Positions 28,265 through 37,107 of a DNA stretch of 64,000 nucleotides are shown here, piece after piece; the stretch's first letter is position 1; every line of letters starts with the position of its first letter. Below the pieces are notes generated by a model that searched no databases, was not told the DNA's origin, and was given only the letters and a program-made list of their open reading frames with translations. Origin of the DNA: Geopsychrobacteraceae bacterium (GTDB lineage: Bacteria; Desulfobacterota; Desulfuromonadia; Desulfuromonadales; Geopsychrobacteraceae); NCBI GenBank assembly GCA_963662315.1, contig OY759353.1:3264001-3328000 (forward strand), given 5' to 3'. A program made the position numbers and the translations under genes.

Positions 28265-28492
28265 TCCCCCTCCCCTGAAAGAATCATTTTTATATTGGAT
28301 GTAACGATAAAAACATCAATATAACCAATAATTTATAGCATAGACAAGAGAAATTTCCCGGTGCTTAAGAAGAAATGTTTCAAGTTTGAATCCAGAAGGG
28401 TTACATTGCCAGCATACAAGCTTGGAATTATAGTTATTTTTTGGGGGGAGTGTCGCAGAGCGATTGTTGACTAAACCTGACGGGAACGGCCC

Positions 28493-29059
28493 ATGGAAAT
28501 AGAACTGAAAAGCGCTGAAATATCAGAAATTGATGCTATCCTGACGTTGCATGCCAAGTATCAGATAGACACCATCAATGAGGAAGATAAAGCCGACGGC
28601 TTTGTGACAACAACTTTTACCAAAGAGCAAATGGTCGCTTTGATCACTAAGGAAAAAGGCCTTTTCATTGCCAAGAAAGATGGTGAGATCGTGGCTTATG
28701 TGATGGCGGCTTCGTGGGATTTCTGGTCGGCGTGGCCGATGTTTGCCTTTATGATGGAGGGGCTGCCTGATCTTGAATACCAGGGGGAAACGCTGACGGT
28801 TGAGAATTCGTACCAGTATGGGCCGGTCTGTATTGATAAAAGTGTCCGGGGCTCGGGTGTTCTGGAACAAATTTTTGCGTTCGCAAAACAGCACATGGCA
28901 AAGCGGTTTCCGTTTTTGGTGACCTTTGTCAATACTGTGAATGAAAGATCATATCAGGCCCATAAAAGAAAACTTGGCCTCGATGTCGTGCAGCAGTTTG
29001 ACTATAACGGAAAGCGCTATTATGAAATGGTTTGTCGCACCAGGGTGGTCAGCAGATAA
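28493..29059 (+). CDS. GNAT family acetyltransferase
   Basis: GPVCIDKSVRGSG and NERSYQAH motifs. Confidence 0.85.
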   Translation: MEIELKSAEISEIDAILTLHAKYQIDTINEEDKADGFVTTTFTKEQMVALITKEKGLFIAKKDGEIVAYVMAASWDFWSAWPMFAFMMEGLPDLEYQGETLTVENSYQYGPVCIDKSVRGSGVLEQIFAFAKQHMAKRFPFLVTFVNTVNERSYQAHKRKLGLDVVQQFDYNGKRYYEMVCRTRVVSR

Positions 29060-29101
29060 GACAATGCCAGGCGCTGCTTGCCGCAGTAAGGGCAGTAAGC
29101 A

Positions 29102-30031
29102 ATGAGGCGGCCAGGTAAGCTGTTCGGATCGGCACATTCCCAAGCGGTAATGGGGCTCTGTGCGGCCTGTTCTGCCGGTTTTTTCTGGGGCACGGGAGCC
29201 GTAATCGTCAACATCCTTATCGTCCAATATGGCTGTAGTCCGGAGAATATTTCCTTCTGGCGCTTTGCCGTTGGAGCCGTTCTTCTGCTGGCTGTCTTTG
29301 GCCGGCAGGTTCATTGGCAGCAACTGCGGCCACATTTATCCATCATACTGATCGCAGGGACCGCCATGGCTGGTTATGTGCTCTGCTGGTTTTGGGGCAT
29401 AGAGTATATCGGCGCAGCGATTCCAACCTTGATTGCTCTTTGCCTGCCACCTGTCCTTGTCACCCTTTTTGCCCTTGCTAGGGGGCAGGAGACCTTTAGC
29501 CTTCAACTTGCTGGTTTGTTGAGCGCAGCTTTACTCGGAACCGTTTTAATTGTCTATCGCCATGATCCAGAAATGGGCAGTTTTAACCATAATGACCTCA
29601 TCAAGGGGGTTCTGTTTTCGACTATGTCAGCCGTGTTATATGCAGGGTTTTCCCTTATAAGCGGCCCTCTATCCAAACGTTTTGGCGCCGGGCAAACAAC
29701 CACCTGCGTTACGATTGTTGCAACGATCGTGATGGGTTGTGCTTCTGTTTATCGTCCCCTCTATTGGCCGAGCGACATTCCTCCGCAAGCGTGGTTTCTT
29801 TATCTAGGTGTCGTGACTGCGGCGTTGGCTTTGCTGGCTTTCAGCTGGGGGGCTGCGCGCCTGTCTCCAACGGCATTGACAGTAGCGACACTGGTTGAAC
29901 CCTTAACCGCTGTATTATTGGCAGCTCTTTTCCTGGATGAACAGTTAGGTTTGCTCCAGTGGCTGGGGGGATGTCTTCTTTTGACCAGTATCTGGGGGCT
30001 TGGGCGCAGAAGTACATCGCCAATTGCATAG
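29102..30031 (+). CDS. DMT/EamA family transporter
   Basis: About ten TM segments; FWGTG, SFWRF, LVEPLTAVLLAALFLDE; start may be 29150. Confidence 0.87.
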   Translation: MRRPGKLFGSAHSQAVMGLCAACSAGFFWGTGAVIVNILIVQYGCSPENISFWRFAVGAVLLLAVFGRQVHWQQLRPHLSIILIAGTAMAGYVLCWFWGIEYIGAAIPTLIALCLPPVLVTLFALARGQETFSLQLAGLLSAALLGTVLIVYRHDPEMGSFNHNDLIKGVLFSTMSAVLYAGFSLISGPLSKRFGAGQTTTCVTIVATIVMGCASVYRPLYWPSDIPPQAWFLYLGVVTAALALLAFSWGAARLSPTALTVATLVEPLTAVLLAALFLDEQLGLLQWLGGCLLLTSIWGLGRRSTSPIA

Positions 30032-30141
30032 TTTGATTTTTTTAAATGTAAGGGGTTCTTGTTGATGTTGTTCCCGATACGTTAGAATACCTGAGCAACC
30101 TGTTCTGCATAACCTCTGTGCCTAACAACGAGGATAATTTC

Positions 30142-30486
30142 ATGAGCGAAAAGAATACTCTGTACATTCTCTGGACCAATGACAATCCGATTACTGCAGA
30201 AAAGATGGTGTTCATGTATGGCATCAATTCTAAGCTGCGTGAGTGGTGGGAAAACGTAACGATTATCATCTGGGGGGCTACGGCCAAACTGATGGCGGAA
30301 AACAGTGATATTCAGGAACTGGTCAAAGGTGCGCTTGACTCCGATGTTCATGTGACTGCCTGTAAAGCCTGTGCCGATCAGTTGGGGGTCAGTGAAACGC
30401 TGGCGGATCTGGGCGTGGAAGTGATTTATTGGGGAGAGCCGTTAACCAGAATTTTAAAAGATAATGAGGCAATAATTTCCGTGTAA
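30142..30486 (+). CDS. DsrE family protein
   Basis: LYILWT, IIWGA, ACKACAD. Confidence 0.8.
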   Translation: MSEKNTLYILWTNDNPITAEKMVFMYGINSKLREWWENVTIIIWGATAKLMAENSDIQELVKGALDSDVHVTACKACADQLGVSETLADLGVEVIYWGEPLTRILKDNEAIISV

Positions 30487-30493
30487 ATCTTGT

Positions 30494-30519
30494 CGCGTGA
30501 AGCGTTATTGCTTCACGCG
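30494..30519 (+). terminator. Hairpin after the DsrE gene
   Basis: CGCGTGAAGC...GCTTCACGCG; weak U tract. Confidence 0.45.
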
Positions 30520-30634
30520 GTCACGCATTAAAAAATATCCTGCATCTGCACAAAATTACTTCCTATGGCACGCTTTGCGTGATATCCCTTTTTGAGGTAA
30601 TTCCTATTTTAAGCTGATCAGCAGGAGAAAAGCG

Positions 30635-31828
30635 ATGGACTATCAGTCTTTGCTCGCCGACCGAACCCGGGAGATGTCGGCGAGTGCAATCAGGGAAATC
30701 CTGAAAGTGGTTTCCCAACCCGGGATGATTTCATTGGCCGGCGGTATACCGGCTCCGCAAAGCTTTCCTATGGAGATCATCGAAGAATTAACGGCGATGG
30801 TCTTACGCAAATACGCCGCTCAGGCGTTTCAATATGACCTCACCGAGGGCTTCCTGCCGTTACGTTCAGCATTAGCCCGCCACCTCACCGGAAAAGCCAT
30901 CAACGTCAGCCGTGATGACATCATCATTTCCAGCGGGTCACAGGGTGGACTGGATGCCATTGGCAAGATTCTGATCAGCAAGGGGGATAAAGTTGCCGTT
31001 GAAGCGCCAACCTACCTCGGCGCTCTGCAGGCTTTCAATCCTTATGAGCCCGACTATGTACGGATGGATACCGACGAAGAGGGTTTAATTCCCGCCGCGT
31101 TGGAAGCAGTTTTAAAGCAGCATAAGATCAAGTTTATCTACCTGGTGCCGACCTTCCAGAACCCGACTGGGCGGACCCTGTCGTTGGAGAGAAGACAGCA
31201 GATTGCTGAGATTCTACAGAACTATGATGCGCTGTTGTTTGAAGATGACCCCTACGGTGATCTTCGTTATCAAGGTGAGATTTTGCCAACGATTAAAAGC
31301 CTGGCTCCTGATAATGTTATTTATGCAGGAACTTTATCAAAAATTTTCGCACCCGGATTACGAATTGGCTACCTTGTCGCACCACCAGAGATTCAACGTT
31401 GGCTGGTGTTGAGCAAGCAGGGGGTGGATCTGCACACCAGCACCTTCAATCAGGCACTGGCTGCGGAGTACCTGACCGGTGGCTACCTGAAAGAGCATCT
31501 GCCTCGCATTATCGACCTGTATCGACCACGGCGTCAGGCCATGCTTGATGCCCTGGATAAATATTTTCCCAAAGAATTTACCTGGTCCCGTCCAGAAGGA
31601 GGGATGTTTCTGTGGGCTGAGGGACCGGAAGGCTTTAACCTGGACAACGCTTATCATGAAGCGATTCGGCGCAATGTCGCTTTTGTGCCGGGACGTTACT
31701 TTTATTCCCATGCCGGTGAAGGCTTGTCGACCATGCGTTTGAACTTTACCATGTTTGATGAAGAGACTCTGACCCGGGCGATTGAAATTCTTGGTCATGT
31801 CCTTCAAGAAGAATTAACACGGAGTTAA
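30635..31828 (+). CDS. PLP-dependent aminotransferase class I/II (2-aminoadipate transaminase-like)
   Basis: ISLAGGIP, PTFQNPTG, EDDPY, GTLSKIFAPGLRIG, PEGGMF. Confidence 0.93.
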   Translation: MDYQSLLADRTREMSASAIREILKVVSQPGMISLAGGIPAPQSFPMEIIEELTAMVLRKYAAQAFQYDLTEGFLPLRSALARHLTGKAINVSRDDIIISSGSQGGLDAIGKILISKGDKVAVEAPTYLGALQAFNPYEPDYVRMDTDEEGLIPAALEAVLKQHKIKFIYLVPTFQNPTGRTLSLERRQQIAEILQNYDALLFEDDPYGDLRYQGEILPTIKSLAPDNVIYAGTLSKIFAPGLRIGYLVAPPEIQRWLVLSKQGVDLHTSTFNQALAAEYLTGGYLKEHLPRIIDLYRPRRQAMLDALDKYFPKEFTWSRPEGGMFLWAEGPEGFNLDNAYHEAIRRNVAFVPGRYFYSHAGEGLSTMRLNFTMFDEETLTRAIEILGHVLQEELTRS

Positions 31829-31835
31829 CGGTAGC

Positions 31836-32477
31836 ATGACCTATAAAACCTTTTGGACCGATCCTTACCTGACCACCATGCAGGCAAGGGTCGTTTCGGT
31901 TGATGGTCCGGCGGTTGTTCTTGAAAGCACGATCTTCTTCGCTTTTTCGGGTGGGCAGGAGAGTGATACCGGAACCATTGGTGGTTATCCGGTGGTTGAG
32001 GCACGTAAGCTTGGTTCAGATATCGAATATGTGTTGCCGGATGGACATACTCTGTTGCCCAACCAGATTGTGACTGTTCACATTGATTGGGCGCGGCGCT
32101 ACCGGTTAATGCGTCTGCATTTTGCCGCAGAGCTGGTTCTTGAGCTGATCTATCAGACTTTGGGAGATGTTGAGAAAATCGGGGCGCATATCAGCGAACA
32201 GAAGGCGCGCCTCGATTTTTCTTGGCCGAGCAGTATTGCTTCACTGTTACCGGAGCTGGCTGTGCAAGCTATAGCTCTGATTGAAAAAGATGCCGTGATA
32301 TTCAGCTCCTTCAGTGATGAGCGGAATGAACTAAGATTCTGGGAAGTGGAAGGGTTTGCCAGGGTTGCTTGTGGTGGAACCCACCTCAGGACAACGGGTG
32401 AAGTCGGCAGAATCAGGTTGAAGCGTAATAATATCGGCAAAGGCAAAGAGCGGATAGAAATTTCCCTTGAGGAATAG
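31836..32477 (+). CDS. alaX: Free-standing alanyl-tRNA editing protein (AlaX)
   Basis: SGGQESDTG, RLMRLHFAAEL, CGGTH. Confidence 0.85.
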   Translation: MTYKTFWTDPYLTTMQARVVSVDGPAVVLESTIFFAFSGGQESDTGTIGGYPVVEARKLGSDIEYVLPDGHTLLPNQIVTVHIDWARRYRLMRLHFAAELVLELIYQTLGDVEKIGAHISEQKARLDFSWPSSIASLLPELAVQAIALIEKDAVIFSSFSDERNELRFWEVEGFARVACGGTHLRTTGEVGRIRLKRNNIGKGKERIEISLEE

Positions 32478-32479
32478 TT

Positions 32480-32521
32480 TGAACTGACGTAGCTGAAGTG
32501 TGACTGCGCTACGTCAGTTCA
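32480..32521. terminator. Hairpin between convergent alaX and pseudogene
   Basis: TGAACTGACGTAGC...GCTACGTCAGTTCA perfect 14-bp arms. Confidence 0.65.
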
Positions 32522-32981
32522 GGTTTGTAGCCACCTTCCTGAACGACAAGAGCAAGCGTGCGCGGTTTTGTTTGAGAATAACAGGGTCTTTGCACAAGGC
32601 AGGGTCATCCGGCAGGCACTCGAAGAATATGCCCCGGACTGCTAACGACAGGGCTTCCTCTCGCACATGCTCGTAAAGAGCGCCGCCAATACCACCTCCG
32701 GTCGTTTGCTTCGCTGTCGATAGGTAATCAAGATAGCAGAACTTCAACTGCGGATCATGGGACAGTAAGGCAAATCCTTTGATCCGGCCACGCTGATCCT
32801 CCGCGACATAAATGATGGAACGAAAACGGTGCTTGAGCGGGTTGAGCAACAGTTCGGGAATTTTATCAATATCCTCCCGGGGCAGTAGCGGGAACTGATC
32901 GCGAAGAATCTGCTGAACCTGCTGTAGTGCATCATGATTGGAAGGGAGAAGATTATCAAAAACGCGGCGAATCCGGAACAT
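32509..32981 (-). pseudogene. GNAT-acetylpolyamine amidohydrolase/HDAC fusion with internal deletion
   Basis: GNAT N-terminus (YLDYLS, GGGIGGALY, FFECLPDD) stops after NRARL; an out-of-frame LVVQEGGY HDAC C-terminal motif follows at 32550-32527. Confidence 0.8.
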
Positions 32982-33115
32982 GAGGGGAGTCCTTTTCAGG
33001 TTGTATTGATTAACTTTTAATTATAGCAGACGTTAGCTGAATGCAAGTGAGAATGCCGTAAAAACCCCTGCTTAGCGGACTTCTTCCAACTTATTTTCAG
33101 GGCTGTTTTTTTTGA

Positions 33116-33147
33116 TTGACAGCTACCGGTAAGAAGCGTATACGCTT
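33116..33147 (+). promoter_or_regulatory. Sigma70 promoter with overlapping 14-bp palindrome
   Basis: TTGACA-17 bp-TATACG; AAGCGTATACGCTT palindrome at 33134-33147. Confidence 0.6.
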
Positions 33148-33301
33148 GCAAAATAGCATTCAGGTTCGGGATAGCGTAACGACCACAGCTTAAAAAGTGA
33201 CCCCTTTTTCAGCCCCGCCGCCAGGCACCCCGGACCTCAAGAATGCTTGTTTCCCGTTTTGGGAAATGGTTAGTGACACGGCTATTAAAAGGGGTTTCAA
33301 A

Positions 33302-34366
33302 ATGCATATTGCGCTGGTTTTTAATTTGCGCGAGGAGTCCGTTTACGGTGATGAACCGTCTGCGGAACCTCCATCGTCTGCGGATGATATTTACGCCGAG
33401 TGGGACGACATCCATACCATTTCCGCTGTTGAGGCGGCGTTAGCGACCCGTCACCAGGTATCGCTGGTCAACGCTGATCTTGATGCCTTTGAAAAACTCC
33501 GTCATTTAAAACCTGATCTGGTTTTCAATATTGCCGAAGGTCTGCACGGCGCCAGTCGTGAAGCCCAGATGCCGGCTCTGTTTGAGATGTTGAGTCTCCC
33601 CTATACCGGGAGTGATCCGGCGACCCTGTGTCTGTGTCTGGATAAGCGCCGCACTAAAGAGATCCTCAGTCAGTACCAGGTACCGACGCCCCGCTTCTGG
33701 ATCGTTGATTCCCCTATTGAACTGCCGAAACGCCTGACTTATCCGCTGATGGTCAAGCCCCCGCTGGAAGGTTCCAGCAAAGGTGTTACCGACAAGGCAC
33801 TGGTCAGCAACCGCCAGGAACTGGTGCGCCAGGTTGCCTGGGTGGTGGAGCATTACCAGCAAAGCGCCCTGGTTGAGGAATTTCTGCCTGGCCGCGAATT
33901 CACCGTAGCTTTGCTTGGCAACGGTGATGAGGTGCGTGTGCTACCCATCGTCGAGATCAATTTTGCAGCCCTCCCCGCTGGGGTTAATCCGATCTATTCC
34001 TATGAAGCCAAGTGGGTCTGGGATACCGAAGAAGACCCGCTACAGATTTTTTCCTGCCCCGCTAACCTTGAGCCGCTCCTGCAACACCAGATTGAGGACG
34101 TTTGCCGCCGTGCTTTTAAGGCACTCGGCTGCCGCGACTGGTGTCGCATCGATGTACGGCTCGATGCTGGCGGTCATCCGCAGATTATCGAGCTTAATCC
34201 CCTTCCCGGTATCCTGCCGCGGCCGGAGCAGAACAGCTGCTTCCCTAAAGCCGCGCGTGCCGCCGGGATCACTTATGACCAATTGATTCTCAGTGTCGCG
34301 GACGCAGCCAGCGCACGCCAACAGATCGGTCAGGGGGATGTCCATGAAGATCGCTGTCTGCTTTAA
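33302..34366 (+). CDS. D-Ala-D-Ala ligase-like ATP-grasp ligase
   Basis: LVFNIAEG, PYTGS, LDKRRTK, VKPPLEGSSKG, EEFLPGREFTV, RIDVR, IELNPLPG. Confidence 0.9.
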   Translation: MHIALVFNLREESVYGDEPSAEPPSSADDIYAEWDDIHTISAVEAALATRHQVSLVNADLDAFEKLRHLKPDLVFNIAEGLHGASREAQMPALFEMLSLPYTGSDPATLCLCLDKRRTKEILSQYQVPTPRFWIVDSPIELPKRLTYPLMVKPPLEGSSKGVTDKALVSNRQELVRQVAWVVEHYQQSALVEEFLPGREFTVALLGNGDEVRVLPIVEINFAALPAGVNPIYSYEAKWVWDTEEDPLQIFSCPANLEPLLQHQIEDVCRRAFKALGCRDWCRIDVRLDAGGHPQIIELNPLPGILPRPEQNSCFPKAARAAGITYDQLILSVADAASARQQIGQGDVHEDRCLL

Positions 34367-35360
34367 CCTGGCTCCTCCCCAATCCCTGCGCGGTGAACAG
34401 CTTGACCGCATTTCCGAGGCCGGTGCTGAATGCGAAGCTGAAGCGGTAGCGTCTGCCCTGCGTCAGCTTGGGCACCAGCCGGTTCTGGTTCCCCTGGGTG
34501 CAGCACTGTCTCCGTTTATCGCTTCTTTACAGCAGGAACCGCCCGACCTTGTCTTCAACCTGTGTGAAGGGTTCTGGGGCGAGAGCGGTCTGGAAATGCA
34601 TGTCGCCGCCTTGTTGGAGATGCTCGGTCTGGAGCACACCGGGTCACCGGCCCTGACCCTGGGGCTGACTCAGGACAAGGCCCTGACCAAGGATCTGTTG
34701 TCCCGTCACCAAATGCCCACGCCCGGCTATCTGCTGGTGGCGCCGGGCGAAGAGCTCCCCACCGAACTGTCCCTGACCTGGCCGTTAATTGTCAAACCAT
34801 ACCGTGAGGACGCTTCTCTCGGAATTACGGCTGAAAGTGTTGTTGCTGATGATGCGGCGCTGGCCCGGCGTGTGGCTTATGTGCATGAGCGCTATCAGCA
34901 GGCGGCCCTCATAGAAGAATTTATCGATGGGCGCGAATTCAACGCGGCAGTCATTGGTGGTGAACGCCTTGAAGCTTTGCCGGTTTCAGAGATCTGTTTC
35001 CATTCCGGGTTGGCGCAGCGCATTGTCAGCTATGACGGCAAGTGGCTGGAAGATTCATTGGAATACACGGCGACCGAACCGGTCTGCCCGGCTGACGTCA
35101 CTCTGGCTGAGCAAAATGTACTGCAACAGGCTGCCCAGCAGGCCTGCCGCTTATTGGGCTGTCGTGATTATGCCCGCGTTGATATCCGCTTGCGCGCAGG
35201 TGTCCCTTACATTCTTGAGGTGAATGCCAATCCTGATATTTCGCCTGGTGCCGGACTAGCGCGCGCGGCGGGTGCATCCGGAAGAGATTATGTCGAGCTG
35301 ATTGGTTGTATTGTTGATTTCTGCACCATCCGCAGGAGAAATAAATATGCGCAATCTTAA
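34344..35360 (+). CDS. Second D-Ala-D-Ala ligase-like ATP-grasp ligase
   Basis: VFNLCEG, HTGS, VKPYREDASLG, EEFIDGREF, YARVDIR, LEVNANPD. Confidence 0.9.
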   Translation: MKIAVCFNLAPPQSLRGEQLDRISEAGAECEAEAVASALRQLGHQPVLVPLGAALSPFIASLQQEPPDLVFNLCEGFWGESGLEMHVAALLEMLGLEHTGSPALTLGLTQDKALTKDLLSRHQMPTPGYLLVAPGEELPTELSLTWPLIVKPYREDASLGITAESVVADDAALARRVAYVHERYQQAALIEEFIDGREFNAAVIGGERLEALPVSEICFHSGLAQRIVSYDGKWLEDSLEYTATEPVCPADVTLAEQNVLQQAAQQACRLLGCRDYARVDIRLRAGVPYILEVNANPDISPGAGLARAAGASGRDYVELIGCIVDFCTIRRRNKYAQS

Positions 35361-35820
35361 ACCTTCTGATCTGTCACCTTTACAGCAGATTTTAATCGCG
35401 ACCAATGCCTTTACCACTGTTGAGGTGGACTGTGCCATGGAGTTGCTCGACATCGTTTTGAATGACCCCGATCAGCAGGATTACCAGGTTTTGGTTGCTG
35501 ACTACGAGGGAGCGGTGGCGGGCTATGTTCTGTATGGGCCGGTTCCTTTAACCGAAGGGAATTATGACCTGTACTGGATCGCTACCGATCCCAAACTGCA
35601 TGGCAAAGGGGTTGGCCGGAAGTTGATGGAGGACGTCGAGCAGCGCCTGGCTGGCGCAGGAGCCAGACTTCTGTGTGCCGAAACTTCCTCGCAGGATCTT
35701 TACCTGCGGACCAGAAATTTTTATCAGCAGGCCGGTTACCTGGAAGAGTCCCGTATTCGGGACTTTTATCGTCCTGGTGACGACCGCATCACTTACGTCA
35801 AACGTTTCCGCACGAGCTGA
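35347..35820 (+). CDS. GNAT family acetyltransferase
   Basis: DLYWIATDPKLHGKGVG, AETSS, TRNFY, DFYRPGDD. Confidence 0.88.
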   Translation: MRNLKPSDLSPLQQILIATNAFTTVEVDCAMELLDIVLNDPDQQDYQVLVADYEGAVAGYVLYGPVPLTEGNYDLYWIATDPKLHGKGVGRKLMEDVEQRLAGAGARLLCAETSSQDLYLRTRNFYQQAGYLEESRIRDFYRPGDDRITYVKRFRTS

Positions 35821-35834
35821 ACAAGGAGCGCCAC

Positions 35835-36929
35835 ATGGAAACCTGGCAGAAACATCTGCAGACAAGTATTACCCGCCCCGGTGATGTGACCCGTCGTTTC
35901 GGAATAGACCCGCAGCCTCTTGAAGAGGTTGTTGAGCGTTACCCGATGCGTATTCCCCCTTACTATCTGGGGCTGATTAAGGAAGTTGGCGACCCGATCT
36001 GGAAACAGGCGGTTCCTGACCAACTGGAATTGCATGATTCGGTTTGTTGTGCTGATCCTCTTGAAGAAGAAAACCAGAGCCCGGTGCCGAACCTGGTGCA
36101 TCGCTACCCGGATCGGGTCCTGTTTCTGGTTTCGTCAGAATGCGCCATGTACTGTCGCTTCTGTACCCGCAAACGCAAAGTCGGCGGCGAAGAAATGCGC
36201 ATCACCAGTGCGACCATAGACGCTGGTATTGAATACATTCGTCAGCATTCTGAAATCCGCGATGTCATTATTTCCGGTGGCGACCCGCTGTTGCTCTCCG
36301 ATGACAAGCTTGACAGCATTCTCAGCCGGGTGCGGGCCATACCCCACGTGCAGATCATTCGCATTGGCTCCCGGGTGCCGGTGGTCCTGCCGATGCGCAT
36401 AACCGCGAACCTGGTGCGGGTGCTGCGTAAATATCACCCGCTGTTTCTCAATACCCACTTTAACCACCCGGACGAGATCACCGAGCAATCGGCTAAGGCC
36501 TGTGCCCGTTTGGCCGGGGCCGGAATCCCCCTGGGGAACCAGACAGTGCTGATGCGTGGCATTAACGACGACCCGCAGGTTATGAAGCTGCTGATGCAGA
36601 AGCTGCTGACCATTCGGGTGCGCCCCTATTACATTTACCAGGCTGATATGGTCCAGGGGACCAATCACTTCAGAACCAGTGTTGAAGAGGGTCTTGAGGT
36701 TGTTCGGGCGCTGCGCGGCCACACCTCGGGGATGGCGGTACCGGCGTTCGTCATAGACGCTCCCGGAGGGGGCGGCAAGATTCCGTTGTTACCCGATTAT
36801 CTGCAATCTCTTGGCAGTGAAGTGGTGCTGAAAAACTATCTGGGCGATACCTATCGTTATCAAAATGCGCCACCGCGGCCACTTTCAGAGCCGCTGCCGA
36901 TGGTGGCCAACCTACAGGTCTGTAAATAA
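35835..36929 (+). CDS. kamA: KamA family radical SAM aminomutase (lysine 2,3-aminomutase-like)
   Basis: HRYPDRV, CAMYCRFCTRKR, SGGDPL, THFNHP, YQAD, DAPGGGGK (PLP lysine). Confidence 0.9.
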   Translation: METWQKHLQTSITRPGDVTRRFGIDPQPLEEVVERYPMRIPPYYLGLIKEVGDPIWKQAVPDQLELHDSVCCADPLEEENQSPVPNLVHRYPDRVLFLVSSECAMYCRFCTRKRKVGGEEMRITSATIDAGIEYIRQHSEIRDVIISGGDPLLLSDDKLDSILSRVRAIPHVQIIRIGSRVPVVLPMRITANLVRVLRKYHPLFLNTHFNHPDEITEQSAKACARLAGAGIPLGNQTVLMRGINDDPQVMKLLMQKLLTIRVRPYYIYQADMVQGTNHFRTSVEEGLEVVRALRGHTSGMAVPAFVIDAPGGGGKIPLLPDYLQSLGSEVVLKNYLGDTYRYQNAPPRPLSEPLPMVANLQVCK

Positions 36930-36939
36930 TGACCACCCT

Positions 36940-36975
36940 AAAAGCCCTGCGGAGCACGTACTCTACAGGGCTTTT
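36940..36975 (+). terminator. Rho-independent terminator after kamA
   Basis: AAAAGCCCTG...CAGGGCTTTT. Confidence 0.75.
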
Positions 36976-37061
36976 ATCTTATGCTGGTTAGTCCGATTCC
37001 TATTTTGTGCAAATGCAAAAAAATACTTCCCCTGACCATGTGACAATGGTATTCAGTAGTT

Positions 37062-37083
37062 CGTTATTGGTAGCGCTATTTCG
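37062..37083 (+). promoter_or_regulatory. ModE-like half-site pair upstream of modD
   Basis: CGTTAT-N10-ATTTCG. Confidence 0.4.
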
Positions 37084-37107
37084 ATTTGGATTAACAAGGA
37101 GTCTGTC

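Noticed and set aside
30566..30580. Sigma54-like TGGCACGCTTTGC upstream of the aminotransferase
   Set aside because: GG-to-GC spacing is 8 nt, not the required 10.
33302..35360. Housekeeping ddl or van-type glycopeptide resistance ligases
   Set aside because: They lack the N-terminal GGxSxE motif and have no dcw or vanH/vanX context.
35835..36929. EpmB (EF-P modification) or glutamate 2,3-aminomutase
   Set aside because: No efp/epmA is adjacent, and the lysine-binding Asp positions are retained.
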